Origin: Gemmatimonadota bacterium
GTDB lineage: Bacteria; Gemmatimonadota; Gemmatimonadetes; Longimicrobiales; RSA9
DNA length: 10,808 nt
Reading direction: 5' to 3'
Assembly (NCBI GenBank): GCA_040905425.1
Contig: JBBDRO010000093.1
Location: forward strand, 7,903-18,710
The notes under the pieces were generated by a model. It saw only the letters and a program-made list of their open reading frames with translations, was not told where the DNA came from and did not search any database. A program made the translations under genes and the position numbers. Each line of letters begins with the position of its first letter. The stretch's first letter is position 1. This document shows, in pieces, positions 1 through 6,181 of the stretch.

Positions 1-9
1 CATCGGGCG

Positions 10-1698
10 TCAGGCCACCGCGGCGGCGCCACGCTCCGCCGCGCCACGCTCCGCCACGCCGAGCTCCGCCTCCGGGAAGGCCACCATGAGGCGGGCGCCA
101 CCGCCCGGCGCCTCCTCCACCCAGGTGCGGCCGCCGTGCAGGGCGGCCAGCTCCCGCACCACGGCCAGGCCTATGCCGCTGCCCGCCGTGCGCGAGTCCT
201 CGTCCCGGCGCAGCCGGTAGAAGGACTGGAAGACGTGCTCGCGGTCGCCAGCGGGGATGCCCGGCCCCTCGTCATCCACCCAGAGGCGGGCGGTGCCGCT
301 GAAGAGCGCCAGGCCCACCGTGATGCGCTGCCCCTCGGGCCCGTACTTGACGGCGTTGTCCACGAGGTTGTTCACGATCTGCCGGAGGGCGTCCCGATCC
401 ACCGGCACCATCACGTTCTCCTGCAGCTCGAGGCGGACATCCACCCGCCGGGCCCTGGGGAGCGCCAGGAAGTCCTCCACCACCACGTGGATCTCCGCCG
501 AGATGCGCGTCACCTCCGGCGTCACCTTGACCCCGCCGCGCTCGGCGCGGGAGAAGGTGAGGATGTTCTCCACCAGGTCGCCCAGGCGCCGGGCCTCCTG
601 GTCGATGATCTCCAGGGAGCGGCGCCGATCGACCTCTGAACGTACCCGCCCGAGCATGAGGGTCTCGGCGAACATGCGGATCTGGGCCAGCGGCGTGCGC
701 AGCTCGTGGGACACCCCCGAGACGAAGCGCGCCCGCATGCGGTGGAGCTCGGCTTCCCGCCGGAGCAGGAAGACCGTCACACCCACGAGGACAGCGATCG
801 CGCCGAGCAGCGCGGCAAGCGCGGGCGCGCGGCTTCCCGGAACGCCACCTGGGACGAAAAAATTCACGGCACCGGGCTTCAGGCCGACGCGAAAGGTAAT
901 GCCGCGAACGAAGCCATCACTCTGCGTCATCGCCTCCGATCGCGGGTGCGCCGTCTCACCTCCATCCACTAGCACCTGGCCATCCGTAGTGCGGACTGCA
1001 GACAACGCGAATACCTGACCGGGAGTGCCGCTCAGGCCGAGCACCCCGCGGCCGCCGGTTGCTCCGAGACCATAAATCGTGCGCAGCGCAACAGGAAGGT
1101 GACCCGTGTCCAGCCAGTAGACCACCGCATGCGTGGGCCCCGTTTCGCGGTCGATGCGGCCAGCATAGACCAGGTAACCGGTGCCGAAGGGCACGTCGGC
1201 GCGCAACGCGGACACCACGCGTCCGCCGACGCTCAAGGCATGGTCCTCCATGATCGCCTCCCGCATCCATGCCACGAACGCGCTCGACATCGAATCCGGA
1301 TGACTCCGCGAAGGGGTGCCGAAGGAGAGCAGGACCACGTCGGCACCCTTCGCCCGCGTGCCAGGGGGCAGCGGGGGCGAATTCAACGATTGGCGCACGT
1401 CGGGGTCGAATATGCTGGCGGGGGCAGCGTCGAGCGTACTGAACACACTGCGAAGTGATGACACGAACGATTCCCGCATGGCGTAATGCGTCCAGAACGC
1501 CCACTCCTCCGCCGCCGACCGGACGTTGCGTGCCAGGATGGCCTCCGCCGCCTCCTTCTCTCCGCGCCCCGCGTCCCACGCCTGCCACGCCAGGCCCAGC
1601 GTCAGGACGAAGCTGACCGCGAGCAGGGCCACCAACGCAAGAAGCTGGGGCCGCTCCGGGCGGAGCTTGTCGATTTCTGAAGGAAGCGTCAGGCGCAT
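10..1698 (-). CDS. Two-component sensor histidine kinase (2 TM, extracytoplasmic sensor, HisKA + HATPase_c), 562 aa
   Basis: H-box FVSGVSHELRTPL, N-box QIVNNLVDNAVKY, G1 DDEGPGI, F-box VFQSFYR and G2 GSGIGLAVV are all present. Hydrophobic stretches LLALVALLAVSFVLTLGLAW and LAALLGAIAVLVGVTVFLL flank a ~250-aa sensor region. Confidence 0.96.
   Translation of the reverse strand: MRLTLPSEIDKLRPERPQLLALVALLAVSFVLTLGLAWQAWDAGRGEKEAAEAILARNVRSAAEEWAFWTHYAMRESFVSSLRSVFSTLDAAPASIFDPDVRQSLNSPPLPPGTRAKGADVVLLSFGTPSRSHPDSMSSAFVAWMREAIMEDHALSVGGRVVSALRADVPFGTGYLVYAGRIDRETGPTHAVVYWLDTGHLPVALRTIYGLGATGGRGVLGLSGTPGQVFALSAVRTTDGQVLVDGGETAHPRSEAMTQSDGFVRGITFRVGLKPGAVNFFVPGGVPGSRAPALAALLGAIAVLVGVTVFLLRREAELHRMRARFVSGVSHELRTPLAQIRMFAETLMLGRVRSEVDRRRSLEIIDQEARRLGDLVENILTFSRAERGGVKVTPEVTRISAEIHVVVEDFLALPRARRVDVRLELQENVMVPVDRDALRQIVNNLVDNAVKYGPEGQRITVGLALFSGTARLWVDDEGPGIPAGDREHVFQSFYRLRRDEDSRTAGSGIGLAVVRELAALHGGRTWVEEAPGGGARLMVAFPEAELGVAERGAAERGAAAVA
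26..55. repeat. Perfect 15-bp tandem duplication (GCGCCACGCTCCGCC x2) in the kinase C-terminal tail
   Basis: Positions 26-40 and 41-55 are identical, with a degenerate third copy at 56-70. The region encodes AELGV-AERGA-AERGA. Confidence 0.85.
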
Positions 1699-1841
1699 GG
1701 CTCCGGGACCGCCTCATCATGGGAATACCACCAACCGGGCGTGCCGGTCAGGGACTACCGGCATCAGCGCCGGGCTGCGTCTGGTCCTGGAAGCGGGATG
1801 GCGGGACCCCGCAGGCACCCACGAACATAGACTCCCGGGCC
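1699..1841 (-). other. Putative structured RNA element in the GT2-kinase intergenic region (long irregular closing stem plus two internal hairpins)
   Basis: Closing stem, paired by eye: 1833-1841 with 1699-1708, 1829-1832 with 1711-1714, 1818-1824 with 1717-1723, 1814-1817 with 1726-1729. The G-U pairs work on the - strand. Internal stems: 1742-1748/1757-1763, 1783-1787/1804-1808 and 1775-1779/1810-1814. No known RNA family was recognised. Confidence 0.35.
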
Positions 1842-1852
1842 AGCCCGCTCAA
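1824..1852 (-). promoter_or_regulatory. Putative sigma70-type promoter for the histidine kinase (-35 TTGAGC, 17-bp spacer, -10 TATGTT)
   Basis: The minus strand reads TTGAGC-gggctggcccgggagtc-TATGTT (-35 at 1852-1847, -10 at 1829-1824). Spacing is canonical and the hexamers are AT-rich in a very GC-rich context, just after the GT2 stop codon. Confidence 0.55.
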
Positions 1853-1855
1853 GGC

Positions 1856-3034
1856 TCATGCGGCGCCGCGCTGGCCCCCGGCCACCGTCTGGTACTCCCG
1901 CCCCTTCCACCGCACCCGCCTGCCACGCGCTGCGCTGCGCAGGAAAAGGGCCCCGGCCACGGCGGCGCCCAGGGGGTAGAACAGTGCCGAAACGACGGGA
2001 ATCCGGAAGCGGTACGTCATGACGGTCCAGAAGGCCAGGGACAGCGCGGTGGCACCCGCGGCCCACTGGCGCAGCGGCAGTTCCCCCGGCCCCAGGTAGG
2101 TGCCCAGCAGCACCACCGGCGGCGCCACCCAGAAGAGCAGCAGCACCACGCCCGCCAGCCAGGGCAGTACCGGCCGCAACCAGGGATCCACCGACTGCCG
2201 GGACCCCAGCGCCAGGTTCTTGGTCCAGCCCTCCATGATCCCGCCCAGTGAGCGGTACATGCGCGTTTCCATGAAGTCCTCCGCACGCGTCAGGTGGAGC
2301 CGCTCGCCCGCCTGCACCACCCGCTGCGCCATGCGCAGATCCTCCACCACCTCCATGCGCACGGCCTCGTGGCCGCCGACACGCTCGTAGACCGACCGGC
2401 GCATGAGGATGAACTGTCCGTTGGCAATCACGTCCCGGGGGCGGTGCGAACGGTTGATGCGCCGCAGGTTGCGATAGCGCAGGTAGAGGATGGTGAAGAT
2501 CTGCGGCAGTACCGTCCGCTCCCAGAAGCTCACCATGAGCTGCCGCGGCAGCACGCTGACCAGCCCGGCGCCGCTGTCCTGGAGCGCGCCCACCGCCCGC
2601 CCCAGCAGTTCGTCATCGTGGCGCGTGTCCGCATCGGTGAAGAGCAGGACGGCGCCCCGCGCCTCCTGGAAGCCCTGCCAGCACGCCCACGGCTTGCCCA
2701 GCCAGCCATCCGGCAGCGGCTCACCCTCCACCACGCGGATGACGCCGCCGCTCCGCTCGGCCAGGATACGCACGATGTCCCCCGTCCCATCCACGCTGCC
2801 ATCGTCCACCACGATGATCTCCCGCCGTGGATAGGTGGTGTCCAGCAGGGAGGCCAGGCAGGTGGAGATCGTGGCGGCCTCATCCCGCGCCGGCACCACG
2901 ATGGAGACGAGCGGCAACTGGCCCTCCTCCTCCCGTGGTTGCGGGGCGTCTGAAATGCGCGGGCGGCTCGTGAAGGCGAACGGCACCAGCACCGCCACCA
3001 GCAGCCAGGGCACCAGGAAGATCAAGTGCGCCAC
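1856..3034 (-). CDS. Family-2 glycosyltransferase, CrtQ/CruC/CruG/HpnB-like (membrane-anchored), ~392 aa
   Basis: Motifs VSIVVPARDE, VVDDGSVDGT, GWLGKPWAC, LLFTDAD, ANGQF, VVEDL, RMYRS, GWTKN and terminal WKGR, with N- and C-terminal TM segments. The start is trimmed from the 532-aa ORF to GTG at 3034 (MAHLIFLVPW), which has a GGGGGGAG SD 6 nt upstream. Confidence 0.9.
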   Translation of the reverse strand: MAHLIFLVPWLLVAVLVPFAFTSRPRISDAPQPREEEGQLPLVSIVVPARDEAATISTCLASLLDTTYPRREIIVVDDGSVDGTGDIVRILAERSGGVIRVVEGEPLPDGWLGKPWACWQGFQEARGAVLLFTDADTRHDDELLGRAVGALQDSGAGLVSVLPRQLMVSFWERTVLPQIFTILYLRYRNLRRINRSHRPRDVIANGQFILMRRSVYERVGGHEAVRMEVVEDLRMAQRVVQAGERLHLTRAEDFMETRMYRSLGGIMEGWTKNLALGSRQSVDPWLRPVLPWLAGVVLLLFWVAPPVVLLGTYLGPGELPLRQWAAGATALSLAFWTVMTYRFRIPVVSALFYPLGAAVAGALFLRSAARGRRVRWKGREYQTVAGGQRGAA

Positions 3035-3117
3035 TATCGGCTCCCCCCGCGGAGGCCTACGTTGGCGCCTGCGGTGCCGCATCGGTGCGCGCCGTCCCCA
3101 CCTCCACCCGAGCCCGC

Positions 3118-4245
3118 ATGAGCGTGGACTGGAACAGCTGGCGCGCGGAGTTTCCCATCCTGGCGCGCCGCACCTACCTGAACTCCTGCTCCCTGGGCGC
3201 CCTGTCGCGCCACGCGGAGGCCCGCATTGCCACATTCCACGAGGAATGGCACAGCCTGGGCGCCTCGGCGTGGTACGACATCTGGTGGGGTCGACTCGAC
3301 GAACTGCGCACCCGCGTGGCGCGCATGCTGAATGCGGCAAGCGACGAGGTGGCGCTGGCCGCCAGCACCTCCGCGGCCCTCGCGGCGGTGGCCTCGTCCG
3401 TGGACTACGGCGCGCGGCCCCGCGTGGTGACCGCGGCGCTGGACTTCCCCACACTGCCGTACCAGTGGCTGGCCCGGCCGGAGGTGGAGGTGGTCCAGGT
3501 GCCGAGCGGGGACGGCGCCACGGTGGATCCGGTCCGCTTCGCGGACGCGGTGGACGAGCGGACCGCCATCCTGGCCACCAGCCACGTATTCTTCACCACG
3601 GGCGCCATCCAGGACCTCCGGCAACTGGCCGATGTGGCCCACGCGCGTGGTGCCCTCCTGCTGGTGGACGCCTACCAGAGCGCCGGGCAGGTACCCATCG
3701 ACGTGAAGGCCGCGGACGTGGACATCCTGGTCACCGGCCCGCTCAAGTGGCTCATGGGCGGCCCGGGACTGGCCTACCTGTACGTGCGGCGGGAACTGGC
3801 GCACCTGCGGCCCACCATCGCCGGCTGGTTCGGCGCACGCGACCCGTTCGCCTTCGCCGGGGAGCGGCTGGAACTCCGCCAGGACGCGCGCCGTTTCGAA
3901 CTGGGCACGCCCGCGCTGCCGACCGTGCACGCCGCGCTGGGCGGCCAGGAGATCACCGACCAGGTGGGCGTGCCGGCCATCCGGGCCCGCAACAGCCGCT
4001 TGACGGAGCACCTCCGGGAAGGGCTGCTGGCAGCCGGTTGGCGCCTGCGGGAAGCTCCCGAGCCGGCGCAACGCAGCGCCATCGTCATGGTGGCCCACCC
4101 TGACGAGAAGGCGTGCGTGACCCGCCTGGCAGAAGCCGGTATCATCGTGGACTCCCGACCCGGTCACGTGCGCATCTCGCCCCATTTCTACAACACCGTG
4201 GAAGAACTCGATCTCGTGGTCGAACACATGGGCAGGACCCTGTGA
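3118..4245 (+). CDS. Class-V PLP-dependent enzyme (kynureninase/cysteine-desulfurase-like fold), ~375 aa
   Basis: Motifs RAEFPIL..TYLNSCSLG, DFPT, SHVFFTTG, VDAYQSAG, PLP-Lys motif TGPLKWLMGGPG, GWF, RRFELGTP and RISPHFYN. ATG 3118 was chosen because the family N-terminus begins there. Confidence 0.92.
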   Translation: MSVDWNSWRAEFPILARRTYLNSCSLGALSRHAEARIATFHEEWHSLGASAWYDIWWGRLDELRTRVARMLNAASDEVALAASTSAALAAVASSVDYGARPRVVTAALDFPTLPYQWLARPEVEVVQVPSGDGATVDPVRFADAVDERTAILATSHVFFTTGAIQDLRQLADVAHARGALLLVDAYQSAGQVPIDVKAADVDILVTGPLKWLMGGPGLAYLYVRRELAHLRPTIAGWFGARDPFAFAGERLELRQDARRFELGTPALPTVHAALGGQEITDQVGVPAIRARNSRLTEHLREGLLAAGWRLREAPEPAQRSAIVMVAHPDEKACVTRLAEAGIIVDSRPGHVRISPHFYNTVEELDLVVEHMGRTL

Positions 4246-4574
4246 CGCTGGCCGAAGCCCAGGCGGCGGTGGACGCATGGATCGGCCAGTTCGAGGACGG
4301 CTACTGGCCGCCGCTCGCCAACCTGGCCCGCCTCTCCGAAGAAGTGGGCGAACTGGCCCGCGAGCTTGCCCACCGCGAGGGTCACAAGCCCCGCAAGCCA
4401 ACGGAAGCGCCCGGGGATCTGGCCCGGGAGCTGGGGGATATTCTATTCGTCGTGATCGTGCTGGCCAACCAGCACGGCATCGATATGGACGAAGCCTTCG
4501 CCAGCGTCATGGAGAAGTACCGCGTGCGCGATGACGCCCGTTGGGCGCGGAAGGCGGATTCCGAGACGAGCTAA
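4242..4574 (+). CDS. MazG-like nucleotide pyrophosphohydrolase (YpjD-type), 110 aa
   Basis: GTG start overlaps the upstream TGA (GTGA at 4242-4245). Sequence Q..VD.WI...GYWPPL.NLARLSEEVGELARE...G.K..K..E....ELGDILF...LAN..GID is typical of the YpjD subfamily. Confidence 0.92.
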   Translation: MTLAEAQAAVDAWIGQFEDGYWPPLANLARLSEEVGELARELAHREGHKPRKPTEAPGDLARELGDILFVVIVLANQHGIDMDEAFASVMEKYRVRDDARWARKADSETS

Positions 4575-4666
4575 CGCCGCCTCACGGCGCCGCTCCCGCG
4601 TCCAGCCGCCAGCGCTCTCCGAGCGCCCACGGGCCGTCCTCACGCCGTGCGTTGCTCGCGCACACC

Positions 4667-4807
4667 TCAGATCAGCGCCAGGACCAGGAGCACGATGCCG
4701 ATGACCAGAATGATCCACGCGGCGCTACGCAGGGCGGAGAGAATGCCGCCGAAGCCGAGCAGCGCCACCAGGATGACGATGACGGCCAGAACGAGCAGGA
4801 TGTCCAT
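4667..4807 (-). CDS. Small two-helix membrane protein, DUF1328/UPF0391 (YtjA-like), 46 aa
   Basis: MDILLVLAVIVILVALLGFGGILSALRSAAWIILVIGIVLLVLALI has the central LGFGG motif between two hydrophobic helices. SD AAGGGAG lies 6 nt before the ATG at 4807. It is the C-terminal part of the listed 4667..5407 ORF. Confidence 0.85.
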   Translation of the reverse strand: MDILLVLAVIVILVALLGFGGILSALRSAAWIILVIGIVLLVLALI

Positions 4808-4865
4808 GAGCTTTCTCCCTTGCGGTTCGTGCCCCGGCGCCCGACCGGGGACCGCCCTGCCAGGG

Positions 4866-4881
4866 GCATGATTCGTTCCAG
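4866..4881 (-). promoter_or_regulatory. Putative sigma54 (-24/-12) promoter upstream of the DUF1328-like gene
   Basis: The minus strand reads CTGGAACGAATCATGC against consensus YTGGCACGRNNNTTGC. The invariant GG-N10-GC spacing is intact and the site is ~60 nt upstream of the ATG. Confidence 0.6.
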
Positions 4882-4943
4882 GCCGGGAGCCCCTGTGCCG
4901 TAACGCCTGCGGGAGGGGTGAAGCGGGATCCGCTGGCATCGGG

Positions 4944-4967
4944 CCGCAAGATCCCCGAAGGATGCGG
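4944..4967 (-). other. Stem-loop directly after the oxidoreductase stop codon
   Basis: The minus strand reads CCGCA-TC-CTTCGG-GGATCT-TGCGG: CCGCA/TGCGG arms around a C(UUCG)G tetraloop motif. There is no U-tract, so it is not a canonical intrinsic terminator. Confidence 0.4.
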
Positions 4968-6023
4968 CTATGCCGCGCCCGTATCCCCGCGACCATGGGC
5001 GGCCGGCACGAGCACCAGCTTGCCGACCACCTCCCCGGCCTCGAGCGCCGCGTGAGCCGCGCGCGCCTCCGAGAGCGGCAGCGTGCGCGCCACCACAGGC
5101 TCCAGCGGACCCTCGAACACGGCCCGCATGGCGGCCTGGAATTCCGCGCGGTTGGACATGGTGGAACCCAGGATGTCAATCTGCTTCCAGAAGAGGACGC
5201 GGATATCCATGACGGCGCGGGGACCGGTGGTGGCGCCGTAACTGACCAGTCGGCCGCCGCGCGCGAGAGACCGCACGCAGCCCTCCCACACGGCCTCACC
5301 CACCGAGTCCAGTACCACGTCCACGCCGCGCTTGCTGGTGTCCCGCCAGAGGGCCCGGGAGAAGTCCTCGGCCGTCCGGTCGTAGACCACGTGCGCGCCC
5401 AGCGCACGCACCCGGTCCACGTGCGCCGTGGAGGTCACGGCGTACACGGTGGCGCCCAGATGCCCGGCAATCTGGATGGCCGCCGTGGCCACGCCGCCCG
5501 AGGCGCCCGTGATCAGCACGCTCTCGCCCGCCGCCAGGCGCCCGCGCGTCACCAGCGCGCGCCAGGCGGTGAGAAAGGCCAGGGGCACGGCAGCCGCGCG
5601 CGCCGCCGGATAGTCCTCCGGAATCGGCCACAGGTTGGCGGCCGGCACCACCACGTACTCGGCAAAGCCACCCTGCGTGTGCTCCCCGAGAATCCGGTAT
5701 TCGGGGCACAGCGGCGCCTCCCCCCGCGCACACCACTCGCACTGCCCGCACGCCAGCGACGGGTCCACCACGAAGCGGCCGCCCAGCACGTCCGCGTCCA
5801 CCCCCTGGCCGGCTTCCTCCACCGTGCCGCATATGTCCGAGCCGCCGATGTGCGGCATGACGGTCTCGATCGGCAGGCCACGGCGCACCCAGAGGTCCAG
5901 GTGATTGAGCGCCGCCGCCTCCACCCTCAGCAGTACGTCCCCCGGGCCGGGCCGCGGCCGGGGGATGTCCTCGACGCGCACCACCTCGGGTCCGCCGTGC
6001 TCATGGAAGAGGGCTGCCTGCAT
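4968..6023 (-). CDS. Zinc-binding dehydrogenase / MDR-superfamily NAD(P)H oxidoreductase, ~351 aa
   Basis: GroES-like N-terminal domain (VEAAALNHLD, PHIGGSD), structural-Zn motif CGQCEWC-x7-C, GGFAEY, Rossmann motif VLITGASGGVA, GVDVVLDSVG and GKLVL. ATG 6023 has GGAG 6 nt upstream; an alternative ATG is at 6035. Confidence 0.93.
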   Translation of the reverse strand: MQAALFHEHGGPEVVRVEDIPRPRPGPGDVLLRVEAAALNHLDLWVRRGLPIETVMPHIGGSDICGTVEEAGQGVDADVLGGRFVVDPSLACGQCEWCARGEAPLCPEYRILGEHTQGGFAEYVVVPAANLWPIPEDYPAARAAAVPLAFLTAWRALVTRGRLAAGESVLITGASGGVATAAIQIAGHLGATVYAVTSTAHVDRVRALGAHVVYDRTAEDFSRALWRDTSKRGVDVVLDSVGEAVWEGCVRSLARGGRLVSYGATTGPRAVMDIRVLFWKQIDILGSTMSNRAEFQAAMRAVFEGPLEPVVARTLPLSEARAAHAALEAGEVVGKLVLVPAAHGRGDTGAA

Positions 6024-6075
6024 GCGCTGCTCCATCAGGGGTTCGTGCCTGCCGGAGACTGGGCCGCAGGGCCCC

Positions 6076-6109
6076 GGCGCGCCACCCCGGCGGGTGGCGG
6101 TGGCGCGCC
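6076..6109. repeat. 11-bp perfect inverted repeat in the divergent intergenic region
   Basis: GGCGCGCCACC (6076-6086) pairs with GGTGGCGCGCC (6099-6109) across a 12-nt spacer. An alternative 8-bp stem is 6080-6087/6092-6099. Confidence 0.6.
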
Positions 6110-6181
6110 CCGCGCGATTAGCTTCGGGTATCCGCCGCGGCAGCTCCGTGCGCTCGGATGAAGTCTATCGAAGGGATGGCA

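Noticed and set aside
1699..1841. 6S RNA, riboswitch or hammerhead identity for the intergenic structure
   Set aside because: AUGUUCG recalls the 6S 5' arm, but the matching 3' partner and central bubble are not evident. There is no CUGAUGA/GAAA core and no TPP, SAM, cobalamin, preQ1 or c-di-GMP consensus. It is kept only as an unassigned structure.
3035..3454. N-terminal 140-aa extension of the glycosyltransferase ORF
   Set aside because: It is Arg/Pro-rich nonsense overlapping the divergent PLP gene. A GTG with a good SD at 3034 precedes the first TM helix.
3034..4401. 455-aa - strand ORF and 422-aa + strand ORF (2835-4103) over the PLP enzyme
   Set aside because: These are antisense or out-of-frame shadows of a gene with clear family motifs, and their translations are low-complexity.
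4242..4574. MazG-like gene as a toxin-antitoxin or anti-phage component
   Set aside because: It matches the housekeeping YpjD-type subfamily, and there are no mazEF or defence genes adjacent.
4575..4666. Intrinsic terminators between convergent genes (GCGCTC-tcc-GAGCGC at 4612-4626; also weak stems at 8300-8350)
   Set aside because: These are short GC stems without U-tracts and cannot be distinguished from chance at this GC content.
4962..6161. 399-aa + strand ORF antisense to the oxidoreductase
   Set aside because: It is an antisense shadow with no recognisable domain.
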